DNA of 64,000 nucleotides from Clostridia bacterium (GTDB lineage Bacteria > Bacillota > Clostridia > TANB77 > CAG-508): assembly GCA_900754085.1 (NCBI GenBank), contig CAAEBO010000057.1, positions 7,578 to 71,577 of the forward strand. Direction: 5' to 3'. Within the stretch, counting starts at the first letter, position 1; each line of letters begins with the position of its first letter. The translations under genes were made by a program, and so were the position numbers. Shown one piece after another: positions 27,079 through 37,231 of the stretch. The notes under the pieces are model-generated. The model was given only the letters and a program-made list of their open reading frames with translations, had not been told where the DNA came from and did no database searches.

Positions 27079-28065
27079 TTATAATAAATCTTTTAAAATT
27101 TCTTCATTAGACTTAGGTAAAAGATAAGAAACAGGTATGTCTAAAACAGTGACAGCACCAGTTTTTCCTTCTTTACGTAATTTATAAATTCCTCTTGCAT
27201 AAGCAACTAAAACACTTGCAGTAAATTCTGGATTAGAATCTAATTTTAAAGAAAATTCAGCTACTTGATTTATATTATCACTAGTACGTCCACTTCTTAA
27301 AACAAATCCGCCATGTGGCATACCAGAATGATTTTTAAGAAGTTCGTCTTCAGTTATAAAATGAACAACAGTATTGTAAGGTTCAAAATAATTTGGCATT
27401 TCCTTAATTTCTTTTTCTATTTTTGCTTCATCTGCGCCATCTTCTAAAACTACAAAACATTCTCTCCACATAACTTCTCTTACAGAAGAAAAATTAGGAT
27501 TTTCTCCAGATCTTACTTTTTCTACAGCTTCTTCATAAGGAACTGTGTACTGAACGGCATTTTTTACTCCATTAATTCTTCTTATAGCATCAGAATGCCC
27601 TTGGCTTAAGCCCTTTCCATAGAATACATAATTATTACCAGTAGGAAGAATTGCTTCTAGTAAAGCTCTGTTTAAAGAAAATAATCCTGGGTCCCAACCA
27701 CAAGAAATTAAAGATAAGTGATTACTTTCTTTTGCTTCCGTATTAACACTTTTAAAATATTCAGGTATTTTTGCATGTGTATCAAAACTATCTACTGTAT
27801 TAAATAATTTTGCTATTTCTGGTGTTTGCTTTGGTAAATCTGTAGCAGAGCCACCGCATAATATCATAACATCTATTTTATTTTGCATATTTTTTACATC
27901 ATCTACAGAAAACACTTTTGTTTCAGAATGTAAAGTTTTAAGAGTACTTGGATCTCTTCTTGTAAAAACTCCAACAAGTTCTACATCTTCATTATTATAT
28001 ATGGCAGTTTCTACGCCTTTTCCTAGATTTCCATAACCATAAATTCCAATTTTTATTTTATCCAT
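27079..28065 (-). CDS. ddh: meso-Diaminopimelate D-dehydrogenase
   Basis: IGIYGYGNLGKGVE, GWDPGLFSLNR, GLSQGHSDAIRRINGVKNAVQYTVP, MPHGGFV and NPEFTASVLVAYARG align with Ddh as I remember it from Corynebacterium. Confidence 0.9.
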   Translation of the reverse strand: MDKIKIGIYGYGNLGKGVETAIYNNEDVELVGVFTRRDPSTLKTLHSETKVFSVDDVKNMQNKIDVMILCGGSATDLPKQTPEIAKLFNTVDSFDTHAKIPEYFKSVNTEAKESNHLSLISCGWDPGLFSLNRALLEAILPTGNNYVFYGKGLSQGHSDAIRRINGVKNAVQYTVPYEEAVEKVRSGENPNFSSVREVMWRECFVVLEDGADEAKIEKEIKEMPNYFEPYNTVVHFITEDELLKNHSGMPHGGFVLRSGRTSDNINQVAEFSLKLDSNPEFTASVLVAYARGIYKLRKEGKTGAVTVLDIPVSYLLPKSNEEILKDLL

Positions 28066-28334
28066 TTACTTTACCTCCATTAGTTTTTATTTATCAATAT
28101 AATTCTACTATAAACTAACGAAAAATACTACAAAAAAATGAGAAAACGTTGAAATTTACAAATAGACGATATTGTTTATATAATACAGAGCAAAATGTAT
28201 ATGTAACATAATACATATATATAACATAATATAAAGAACTATATACTATTTTAGTATATAGTTTTTTAGTAAGAACTTCCAAGTGAAGCGTGGAAATTGC
28301 TAAGTTTTAAACTTCATATGAGGGGAGAGATAAT

Positions 28335-29048
28335 ATGAATAACATAAAAATAATTGGAAACACACCAATGATAAAGATAAATTATGAATTTAAAAATAAT
28401 AAGAAATACATATATGCAAAATTAGAATACTATAATTTAACTGGTAGTATTAAAGATAGAGTGGCACTGTATATGATAAAAAATGCTAAAAAAAGAGGAA
28501 TTTTAAAAGATGATATGCCTATAATAGAAGCAACAAGTGGAAATACAGGAATTTCCTTATCTGCTATAGGAAAAGCATATGGTCATAAAGTATATATTTT
28601 TATGCCAGATTGGGTGAGTATAGAAAGAAGAAAACTAATAAAAGCATATGGTGCAGAGGTAATACTATATTCAAAAGAAGAAGGCGGTTTCTTAAGATGT
28701 ATAGAAGAAGCTAAAAAGCTAGCAATAGCTAAAGATGGTTATTTAACTAATCAATTTTCAAATAAGGATAATTTTTTAGCACATTATGAAACAACAGGTA
28801 AAGAATTTATAGAGCAACTACCAGAAGAATTAGGAGGTTTTATCTCTGGTGTTGGAATTTCTTCTGGAGCAAATTTTTTAGGAGCAATCTTATTAAATGA
28901 GAAAACAAATAAACCTGTAGCTACAATATTTGCAGATGATAATAAAAAGTATTTGTCTACAGATTTGTTTAAAAATAATGCAATTTCAAGAAGATCTCAA
29001 AATCTTATTTCTAATAATATAAAGTTGAACAGTTATGAGTTAATTTAA
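28335..29048 (+). CDS. Cysteine synthase/PLP-dependent (CysK-like) protein with an apparent internal in-frame deletion; possibly non-functional
   Basis: The N-terminal two thirds are CysK-like (GNTPM, SIKDR, ATSGNTGISL, ERRKLIKAYGAEV). GFISGVG runs directly into ISSGANFLGA, so the segment normally lying between GVGTGGT and GISSGA appears to be missing (237 aa versus about 300). Confidence 0.6.
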   Translation: MNNIKIIGNTPMIKINYEFKNNKKYIYAKLEYYNLTGSIKDRVALYMIKNAKKRGILKDDMPIIEATSGNTGISLSAIGKAYGHKVYIFMPDWVSIERRKLIKAYGAEVILYSKEEGGFLRCIEEAKKLAIAKDGYLTNQFSNKDNFLAHYETTGKEFIEQLPEELGGFISGVGISSGANFLGAILLNEKTNKPVATIFADDNKKYLSTDLFKNNAISRRSQNLISNNIKLNSYELI

Positions 29049-29071
29049 AGATTTTTTAATAAATAAAAAAA

Positions 29072-29112
29072 GGTGGCTAGCCAGTCATAAATTATTAGAC
29101 TTTTTAGCCACC
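29072..29112 (-). terminator. Terminator of the minus-strand gene 29124-29462
   Basis: GGTGGCTA / TAGCCACC stem. The T run lies on the minus strand (A run 29062-29071 on +). Confidence 0.45.
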
Positions 29113-29123
29113 AGAATCATTAC

Positions 29124-29462
29124 TTAACCTGGAACTTGGGAAATTAGATAAGTATTGTATCCGCCCATCTCTTCTCTTTTTGTTACCTCAGAGAATTTGA
29201 ATTCGCAATGAGAGTCGAAGAAATGAAGATATCGTCCTACAAACTTTTCACTAAGCAAAAGTTCTTGATGAACATCCAAATGATATCCTGCAATGATATC
29301 ATAATCTTCAAGTTTCTTCTTATCTGCTATTAAATGATTGCAAACTTTTATTTCACACTCAATAGATTTTTCGTTAAGTACGTTTTTTAAGAGATCTGCA
29401 ATTACAGATAAATCCAAATTCTGACCATACAGTTCAGAGTAAAGCAATAAAACCTTTTTCAT
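29124..29462 (-). CDS. Hypothetical protein (112 aa)
   Basis: ORF with a GGAGG Shine-Dalgarno on the minus strand (AAGGAGGTTACATTATG). Confidence 0.55.
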   Translation of the reverse strand: MKKVLLLYSELYGQNLDLSVIADLLKNVLNEKSIECEIKVCNHLIADKKKLEDYDIIAGYHLDVHQELLLSEKFVGRYLHFFDSHCEFKFSEVTKREEMGGYNTYLISQVPG

Positions 29463-29629
29463 AATGTAACCTCCTTAAGGGAATTCCCGTTGTAAATTTA
29501 AGTTTTTAGATTCACATTACATTATACAGTATTTTACATAAAATTGCAAATTTGTTAAAAATCATTATTAAATCACAAAATATATTAAATACATAAAATT
29601 GTAAACGTAGCAAATTTACAACTAAAACA

Positions 29630-29658
29630 TTGATAAACTAACAAAAAATTTGTATAAT
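29630..29658 (+). promoter_or_regulatory. Sigma-A-type promoter of the ABC-F gene
   Basis: TTGATA (29630-29635), 17-nt spacer ending in TG, TATAAT (29653-29658). Confidence 0.65.
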
Positions 29659-29693
29659 CTATGTAATTAATAAAAAATGGAGATACGAGTAAA

Positions 29694-31250
29694 ATGGCAT
29701 TATTAGAAGTAGAAAATTTAACACATTCATTTGGAGATAAATTATTATATAAAGATTCTTCATTCGAATTATATAAAGGCGAACATATGGGAATTGTAGG
29801 GCAAAATGGTGCAGGTAAAAGTACACTTATAAAAATACTATTAGGTGAAATATTGCCAGATAAAGGTTCGGTGAAATGGCAAAATGGAATTACAATAGGA
29901 AAGCTAGATCAATATGCAATAGTAGAGGAAAATCAAACTATTTTTAATTATTTAAGGACTGCCTTCGAAAAATTATACAAGGTAGAAGAGGAATTAAATA
30001 AATTATATGAAGAAATGGCAGAAAATTATAATGAAAATATACTAAACAAAGTTTCAAAATATCAAGAAGAGTTGGAAGAAAAAAATTTTTATGCCATAGA
30101 TAGTACAATTCAAAAGATTGCAAGTGGATTAGGAATAACAGCACTTGGAATGGAAAATAATTTAAAAAATTTAAGTGGAGGTCAAAGAGCAAAAGTAATT
30201 TTAGCTAAGCTACTTTTACAGAAACCAGAGGTTTTAGTATTGGACGAGCCAACTAACTTTTTGGATAAAGAACATGTTGAATGGCTTTCAGAATATTTAA
30301 CAACATTTAAAGGTGCTTTTATAATTGTATCACATGATTTCGATTTTTTAGAGAAAGTTACTACATGTATTTGTGATATAGAATTTAATAAAATGAAGAA
30401 ATATAAAGGTACATATTCTAGTTTCTTAAAGCAAAAAGAATTATTAAGAGAAGATTATATAAGACAATATAATTCACAACAAAAAGAGATTAAAAGACTA
30501 GAAGACTATATTGCCAAGAACAAAGTAAGAGCATCTACAGCTCAAATGGCAAAAAGTAGAGAAAAAAAGTTAGAGAAAATGGAAAAAATTGATAAACCTT
30601 CTTTTACAACGAAGCCACATTTTAGATTTAATTGTATAGAAAGCACAGCCCAAGTAATACTAGAAGTAAATGGTTTGGAGGTGGGATATTATTATCCATT
30701 ACTTCCAAAGATGAAATTTGATATACGAAATGAAGAGAAAATAGTTATAACAGGTTTTAATGGTATAGGTAAATCTACATTATTAAAAACTATAATGGGT
30801 GAAATAGTTCCCATTTCTGGTAGTTTTAAATTTTCAGAAACTATTAAAAATATTGGGTATTATGAGCAAGATCTAAAATGGGAAAATGTAGAAGATACAC
30901 CTCTTAGCATAATTTCTAAGGATTTTCCTAAATTAACACAAAAACAAATAAGAAAACATTTAGCAGATTGTGGAATAAAGAAAGAACACGTAATGCAACC
31001 TATTTCAACATTAAGTGGTGGGGAACAAGCGAAAGTAAAACTATGTAAATTAATTTTAAAGCCTTGTAATTTATTAATTTTAGATGAACCTACAAATCAT
31101 TTAGACGCAGATACAAAAGAAGAGCTGAAAAAAGCAATAACAGAGTTTAAAGGAACTGTTATTTTGGTTTCTCATGAAGCTAGTTTTTATAAAGATTTAG
31201 CTACAAGAGTAGTTAATATAGAAAATTTATGTATAAAAAAATTAAAATAA
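29694..31250 (+). CDS. ABC-F family ATPase (two ABC domains, no transmembrane domain)
   Basis: Two Walker A motifs (GQNGAGKST, GFNGIGKST), two signature motifs (LSGGQ, LSGGE) and a charged interdomain linker (QQKEIKRLEDYIAKNKVRASTAQMAKSREKKLEKM). Confidence 0.85.
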   Translation: MALLEVENLTHSFGDKLLYKDSSFELYKGEHMGIVGQNGAGKSTLIKILLGEILPDKGSVKWQNGITIGKLDQYAIVEENQTIFNYLRTAFEKLYKVEEELNKLYEEMAENYNENILNKVSKYQEELEEKNFYAIDSTIQKIASGLGITALGMENNLKNLSGGQRAKVILAKLLLQKPEVLVLDEPTNFLDKEHVEWLSEYLTTFKGAFIIVSHDFDFLEKVTTCICDIEFNKMKKYKGTYSSFLKQKELLREDYIRQYNSQQKEIKRLEDYIAKNKVRASTAQMAKSREKKLEKMEKIDKPSFTTKPHFRFNCIESTAQVILEVNGLEVGYYYPLLPKMKFDIRNEEKIVITGFNGIGKSTLLKTIMGEIVPISGSFKFSETIKNIGYYEQDLKWENVEDTPLSIISKDFPKLTQKQIRKHLADCGIKKEHVMQPISTLSGGEQAKVKLCKLILKPCNLLILDEPTNHLDADTKEELKKAITEFKGTVILVSHEASFYKDLATRVVNIENLCIKKLK

Positions 31251-31389
31251 TAATTAATATAAACGTAAAAAGATTATAAATATACCTTGAATAATTCTAA
31301 AAAAAATTATATGATTGTAAAGAAAAAAATTAAATTATAAAAAGGATAATTATTAAGACAAAAAATTACAAAAGAATAAGGGAGAAGGC

Positions 31390-32898
31390 ATGAAAAAAAG
31401 AACAAAAAATTTAATATTATTTTTTATTTTATTTGTAATAACAGGGGCTGTTTTTTGGAATTACATATCAATGCATTATGCAACAGATACATATAATATA
31501 ATGAATATAGGATATGAGAAATATGCAATAAATAATTCCTTAAGTGATGGAAGAATATTTATGTTTTTAATAGGCATGTTTGCGAATTGGGCAAATATTC
31601 CTATTAATATTTTTGTAATAACATTAACTACTATAGGTTTAATAGTATCATGTGTGGCAGTTATTGTATTAAAAAATATGATAATGGAGTTTTGTAAAAA
31701 TGAAAACAAATTGCAAGAAGTTATTGCAATTTTAATATCATACTGCACAGTGTTTAATTTTATGTATGTAGAAAACCTATACTTTGTAGAAGCGGGAGTA
31801 ATGGCATTTAGTATATTATTTTACATACTAGCAGTAAAACAAATTATAAATAGAAATAAGCTATATTTGTTAAAATCAGGGATATTAGCAATATTAGCTA
31901 CTTTTTGCTACCAGGGAACAATTGGTTTATTTGCATTATATGGAATTGTTTTTTCTATTGCCAAAAATGGAAAAAATATAAAAGAGATATTAAAAGATTT
32001 TGGAGCTATAGTGTTAATAACAATAATTTCATTTGTAGCAAATTTAATTCAAATAGATATCGCAACTCAAATAGCAGGAACTACCCAAAAAAGATTGAAT
32101 GGAATACAAAATTTGTTTAAAAATTCGGTTCACATTTTAAGAAACTTTGGAACTATGGTATTTGGAACAATGTTTATAAGCAATTGTGGTTTGTTTCCTA
32201 ATTATTTAATGCTAATATTTACGTTAATTATTACACTTATAGCTGGAATTTATGAAATAAAGGCAAAAAGAAATGGCTTAGTATTTAATATTGTATTTCT
32301 TTTCTTTGGAACAATGCTTATAACATTTGCAATGTGCGTTGTTAGTATAGCAAGTTATGATACAGGAAGAATCCACGTGCCTGTGGGAGCTTTTATAGGA
32401 GTAATATTTATATACCTATTTTGTTCAACTAAAATATTTGAGGATGAAACATTAATTAAGTATTTACTAATGGCAACATTAGTGGCATATAATATTATTT
32501 TAGTAATAAATACAATTTCGTTATTGTACCAACACAAACAAGTAAATAAACTAGAAAAAGAGCAATGTGCAGGGATAGAAGAATATATAAAGGAATATGA
32601 AAAAGAAAATAATGTAAAAATTACAGAAGCACGATATTTTAAACTTTCAAATATGAAACCATATGGTTATTTTGACGAAATAAAAAACGAATCTGTTCTT
32701 ACATATGATGGAGTAGCATGTACATGGTCTGCAATAGCTACAATTAATTTTCATACAAATAGAAATTTTGAAGATAATTATTTAGAAGCATATCCTAATA
32801 GAGATTTATTTTATGCATATGCTGCTAAAAGAAAATTAGGATATGAAGGAAATTTTGTAATAATGGATAATATTTTGTATTTCTTAGCATATATTTAA
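31390..32898 (+). CDS. Polytopic membrane protein, GtrII-like glucosyltransferase family (paralogue 1)
   Basis: HYATDTYNIMNIGYEKYA motif near the N-terminus and more than 10 predicted TM helices. Confidence 0.6.
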   Translation: MKKRTKNLILFFILFVITGAVFWNYISMHYATDTYNIMNIGYEKYAINNSLSDGRIFMFLIGMFANWANIPINIFVITLTTIGLIVSCVAVIVLKNMIMEFCKNENKLQEVIAILISYCTVFNFMYVENLYFVEAGVMAFSILFYILAVKQIINRNKLYLLKSGILAILATFCYQGTIGLFALYGIVFSIAKNGKNIKEILKDFGAIVLITIISFVANLIQIDIATQIAGTTQKRLNGIQNLFKNSVHILRNFGTMVFGTMFISNCGLFPNYLMLIFTLIITLIAGIYEIKAKRNGLVFNIVFLFFGTMLITFAMCVVSIASYDTGRIHVPVGAFIGVIFIYLFCSTKIFEDETLIKYLLMATLVAYNIILVINTISLLYQHKQVNKLEKEQCAGIEEYIKEYEKENNVKITEARYFKLSNMKPYGYFDEIKNESVLTYDGVACTWSAIATINFHTNRNFEDNYLEAYPNRDLFYAYAAKRKLGYEGNFVIMDNILYFLAYI

Positions 32899-32913
32899 AA
32901 TTTGGGTGATAAA

Positions 32914-34461
32914 ATGAGAAAATTACCAGACAAAAAGCAAAAAGATAAAAAGAGAGAAATCTTGCATATAAAGAAAGATTATATAATTTTTCTTGGAATA
33001 TTATTACTAGCAGTAATAATGTATATTAATTGGATTAATATGCATTATTCTGCAGATACATATAATATTATGAATGTAGGATATGAAAAATATGCTATGA
33101 ATTGGTCTTTAAAAGATGGCAGAATAATAATGTATTTTATTACAATGATTTTTGATAAATTACATATTCCAATAGAAGTATATGTAATAAGTACTCTATT
33201 AGGGGCTTTAGTAATATCTTGTATTTGTGTAATAAAATTAAAAAACATAATTATAAACTGTAGCAATAGTGAAAGCAGAACAAAAGAAATATTTGTTACA
33301 ATAGCATCATTTTTTACAATATTCAATTTTATGTATATAGAAGATATGTATTTTGTAGAAGCTATTGTAATGGCACTAAGCTTACTACTATTTATTTATT
33401 CTGCAAATATAATGGTTAATAATAAAAATTTAAAAAATAGAGTAATAGCACTAATTTTATCTATAATTGGTATAATAGCATATCAAGGTACAGCAGGATT
33501 TCTTATTATATTAACATTTGTTATAAGTTTAATAAAAAATAAGGTAGAATTAAAAGGACAAAAAGACAAGATAAAAACAAATATAAAGTATATAATTTTA
33601 GATACAATTATAGCAGGAATTATAACTTTTATAGCAATTGCTATAAATATGATACTAGTTAAAGTAATAGGAAATGTCACAGGACAAGTTCAAACAAGAG
33701 TGGGAAGCATATTTGCTATATTCGAAAACTTAAAATATATTGTTAATAATTTTAATATTATCTTAAAAGAAAATATTGGATTATTTCCAACAAATTTATT
33801 ATATATTTTTATAGGAATTACGTTAATATTAGCTCTTATATATGACTTAAAAACGAAAAGTGTAAATTTTTTAACTTTAAAATTAATATGTATAATAACT
33901 TTAAGCATAGTGTGTGGTTTTTTAGTATCTTTAGGTACATTATCTAGTTTTTATACAGGAAGATTGCATTATTGTATAGGAACAATGCTGGGATTTGTAT
34001 TAATTTGTCTAATTATGGAAAATGAAGACGAAATTTTTAGAAGAATAACTGAATTAATTTTAATAATATATAGCATTGTTAATATATATAATTGTATAAT
34101 AGTTACATACGAACATAAACTAGTAAATGAATATGAAAAACAAAATGCTGAAGAAATAGAAGTATATATAAAAGAATATGAAGAAAAAAATAAAACACAA
34201 GTAGAAAATATTGCAATATACACAGTAACAGGACAAAACTATAAAACATATTTTAAAGAGCTTAATAGGAAATCTGTAGTAACATATAATGCACTAAGAT
34301 GCAATTGGTCAGCAGATGGTGTTATAAATTTTTATACAAATAGAAATTTAGACACAGTAAATATAAATAAAGAATTATTACAGAAATATTTAAAATTAGA
34401 ACAAGATAATGGCTATGGAATAATAAATAATACATTAATTATAGAGTGTTACATGTATTAA
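32914..34461 (+). CDS. Polytopic membrane protein, GtrII-like glucosyltransferase family (paralogue 2)
   Basis: HYSADTYNIMNVGYEKYA and the same architecture. ATG 32914 follows a GGGTGAT Shine-Dalgarno; the ORF track starts at TTG 32902. Confidence 0.6.
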   Translation: MRKLPDKKQKDKKREILHIKKDYIIFLGILLLAVIMYINWINMHYSADTYNIMNVGYEKYAMNWSLKDGRIIMYFITMIFDKLHIPIEVYVISTLLGALVISCICVIKLKNIIINCSNSESRTKEIFVTIASFFTIFNFMYIEDMYFVEAIVMALSLLLFIYSANIMVNNKNLKNRVIALILSIIGIIAYQGTAGFLIILTFVISLIKNKVELKGQKDKIKTNIKYIILDTIIAGIITFIAIAINMILVKVIGNVTGQVQTRVGSIFAIFENLKYIVNNFNIILKENIGLFPTNLLYIFIGITLILALIYDLKTKSVNFLTLKLICIITLSIVCGFLVSLGTLSSFYTGRLHYCIGTMLGFVLICLIMENEDEIFRRITELILIIYSIVNIYNCIIVTYEHKLVNEYEKQNAEEIEVYIKEYEEKNKTQVENIAIYTVTGQNYKTYFKELNRKSVVTYNALRCNWSADGVINFYTNRNLDTVNINKELLQKYLKLEQDNGYGIINNTLIIECYMY

Positions 34462-34476
34462 GAAAGAAGGTTAATT

Positions 34477-37182
34477 TTGGGAAAATTAGTATTAATAGAT
34501 GGAAATAGTATTTTAAATAGAGCATTTTATGGAATTATGGGAAATAAAATGCTTACAACTAAAGATGGGACTCCAACAAATGCAGTATATGGCTTTTTGG
34601 CTATTATGTTTAAAATCTTGGAAGATATTAAGCCAGAATATTTAGTTGTTGCATTCGACTTAAAAGGTCCTACTAAAAGACACGAAATGTATGAAGGATA
34701 CAAAGCAAATAGAAAAGGAATGCCAGATGAACTTGCTTGCCAAATGCCAATAATAAAAGAAATTTTAAGGGCAATGAATATAGATATCGTAGAAAAACAA
34801 GGATACGAAGGTGACGATATATTAGGAACATTATCTGTTTTTGGAGAAAAACAAGGACTAGAAGTAACTATTTTATCTGGAGATAGAGATACATTTCAAC
34901 TTGCAACAGATAAAGTAACAATAAGAATACCAAGAACGAAAATGGGTAAAACAGAAGTAGAAGATTTTAACAGAGAAAAAGTAAAAGAAATATATAATTT
35001 AGAACCAAAACAATTAATAGAGGTAAAAAGTCTTCAAGGTGATACTTCAGATAATATACCGGGTGTTCCAGGCATAGGTGAAAAAACTGCTTTAAAATTA
35101 GTACAAGAATATAGTAGCATAGAGAATCTATATAAATTACTAGAAGAGGGACAAGCTCAAGATGTAAAAGGAAAGACAAGAGAGCGCATAATAGAAAATA
35201 AAGAATTAGCTAAGTTATCTAAAGAATTGGGTACAATAAATATTAATGCACCGATAGAAGAAAATTTAGATGATTTTAAACTAGAAGAATGGGATAAAAA
35301 AGAAGTTTTAAGAATATTTAAAGAATTAAATTTTAATAGATATATAGAAAGATTTAATTTGTCTTCAGAAGAGGATAATATCCTAGAGGAAGTAACAGAA
35401 AAATATGAAATAGAAGAAATAGACATAAAAAAAGCTAAAAATATTATATTAAAAACGAAAGAATTGTTTTATCATTTTTCTACAAAAGAAGTGAATAAAG
35501 AAGAATATATAATAAAAAAAGAATTTAATACTTTTTCATTCTATAATAAAGAAGAAAATAAGGCATATTTTGTAAAAATAAATTTAAAAGATTTAGAAAC
35601 AATAAAAGAAATATTCGAAAATGAAGAAATAAAAAAATATGGTTACAAAACATCAGAAGACTATATTATATTAAAACAAAGTGGAATTTTGCCAAAAAGT
35701 ATAATATATGATGCAGAAATAGCAATATATGACTTAGACCCATCAAACATGAAATACAAAATACAAGATGTAGCATTCCAATATTTAGATTTTAATATGG
35801 ACGAATATTTAAATACATTAGGAATAAAAAAACAAGAACAAATAAATTTATTCGAACAAACTTCAGAGAATGATGAATACGAAAAAAATATTAATACTTT
35901 ATACTGCTATTTAATACAAAAGTTATATGAAAAAACTGCTGAAGAATTAGAAGAACTAGATGAAGTAGAACTATTTAATAATATAGAAATGCCATTGGTA
36001 GAAGTGCTTTCAGAAATGCAATATGAAGGAATACAAATAGATAAAGAAGAATTAGAAGAATTTGGACAGAATCTTAAACAAAAAATAGAGGAGATTACAA
36101 AAGAAATATATAATTTAAGTGGAACAGAATTTAATATAAATTCTCCAAAGCAATTAGGAGAAATATTATTCGAAAAATTAGAATTACCAGTAATAAAGAA
36201 AACAAAAACAGGTTATTCAACAGATGTAGACGTTTTGGAAAAATTAAAAAAAGAACATCCAATAGTAGAAAAAATATTAGAATATAGGAGTTTGGCAAAA
36301 TTAAATTCAACTTATGTTGAAGGTTTAAAACCATATATAAATAAAGAAACAGGAAGAATACACTCTTATTTCCACCAAACAATAACAGCAACAGGAAGAA
36401 TTAGTTCTACAGAGCCAAATCTTCAAAATATACCAACAAGAATAGAACTTGGAAAGCAATTAAGACGAGCTTTTAAGCCAAAGGATGGATATGTATTTAT
36501 AGATGCAGACTATTCACAAATAGAATTAAGAGTTTTAGCACATATTTCAAATGATGAACATATGATAGAAGCTTTTAATAATAATGAAGACATACACAAG
36601 CAGGCTGCAGCAAGTGTGTTTAAAGTTCCTTTAGATGAAGTTACTAAAGAACAAAGAACACATGCTAAAGCAGTTAATTTTGGAATAGTATATGGAATAA
36701 GTGATTTTGGGTTAGGAGAGCAGATAGGTGTATCTAGAAAAAAAGCTAAAGAATATATAGACCAATACTTAGAAAAATATAATGGTATAAAGAAATTTAT
36801 GTCAGACGTTGTAGAAGAAGCGAAAGAAAAAGGATATGTAGAAACTTTATTTAAAAGAAGAAGATATATACCAGAACTTAAATCTAAAAACTTTAATATA
36901 AGACAATTTGGAGCAAGGGCTGCCATGAATACTCCAATACAAGGAACAGCAGCAGATATAATGAAAATTGCAATGATTGATGTATTTAAAAGGTTAAGAG
37001 AAAGAAATTTAAATTCGAGATTAATATTACAAATACACGATGAACTTTTAATAGAAACGAAAGAAGAAGAAAAAGAAGAAGTTAAAGAAATATTAAAAAC
37101 TTCTATGGAAAATGCAATAAGTTTAAAAGTACCATTAAGAGCTGATGTAGGAGAAGCATATAATTGGTATGACTTAAAATAA
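34477..37182 (+). CDS. polA: DNA polymerase I
   Basis: 5'-nuclease N-terminus (LIDGNSILNRAFYG, GDTSDNIPGVPGIGEKTA) and polymerase motifs (DYSQIELRVLAH, RTHAKAVNFGIVYG, QIHDELLIE). Confidence 0.95.
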   Translation: MGKLVLIDGNSILNRAFYGIMGNKMLTTKDGTPTNAVYGFLAIMFKILEDIKPEYLVVAFDLKGPTKRHEMYEGYKANRKGMPDELACQMPIIKEILRAMNIDIVEKQGYEGDDILGTLSVFGEKQGLEVTILSGDRDTFQLATDKVTIRIPRTKMGKTEVEDFNREKVKEIYNLEPKQLIEVKSLQGDTSDNIPGVPGIGEKTALKLVQEYSSIENLYKLLEEGQAQDVKGKTRERIIENKELAKLSKELGTININAPIEENLDDFKLEEWDKKEVLRIFKELNFNRYIERFNLSSEEDNILEEVTEKYEIEEIDIKKAKNIILKTKELFYHFSTKEVNKEEYIIKKEFNTFSFYNKEENKAYFVKINLKDLETIKEIFENEEIKKYGYKTSEDYIILKQSGILPKSIIYDAEIAIYDLDPSNMKYKIQDVAFQYLDFNMDEYLNTLGIKKQEQINLFEQTSENDEYEKNINTLYCYLIQKLYEKTAEELEELDEVELFNNIEMPLVEVLSEMQYEGIQIDKEELEEFGQNLKQKIEEITKEIYNLSGTEFNINSPKQLGEILFEKLELPVIKKTKTGYSTDVDVLEKLKKEHPIVEKILEYRSLAKLNSTYVEGLKPYINKETGRIHSYFHQTITATGRISSTEPNLQNIPTRIELGKQLRRAFKPKDGYVFIDADYSQIELRVLAHISNDEHMIEAFNNNEDIHKQAAASVFKVPLDEVTKEQRTHAKAVNFGIVYGISDFGLGEQIGVSRKKAKEYIDQYLEKYNGIKKFMSDVVEEAKEKGYVETLFKRRRYIPELKSKNFNIRQFGARAAMNTPIQGTAADIMKIAMIDVFKRLRERNLNSRLILQIHDELLIETKEEEKEEVKEILKTSMENAISLKVPLRADVGEAYNWYDLK

Positions 37183-37231
37183 TACGAAATTTAAAGAAAG
37201 GAGTGTATGATAGAATATCATACAATGAAGA

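Noticed and set aside
29463-31250. The ABC-F protein as an acquired antibiotic-resistance (ARE) determinant; also the TTGTAAA-N9-TTTACAA inverted repeat (29599-29621) as its operator
   Set aside because: The gene sits in core context with a canonical promoter about 35 nt from the ATG and no leader-peptide or attenuator typical of inducible ARE ABC-F genes. The inverted repeat is short (7 bp) in AT-rich DNA. Nothing distinguishes this gene from housekeeping ABC-F paralogues without a phylogeny.
36510-36926. Long antisense or alternative-frame ORFs inside well-supported genes (36510-36926 and 35157-35426 in polA, 37174-37536, 49989-50381, 59859-60236 and 59960-60241 in fba, 60300-60593, 12587-12856, 39489-39695, 18245-18430, and others)
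   Set aside because: They lie wholly inside genes with strong family signatures. Their products are low-complexity or hydrophobic strings typical of the reverse or shifted reading of A/G-rich codons. None has a convincing ribosome-binding site.
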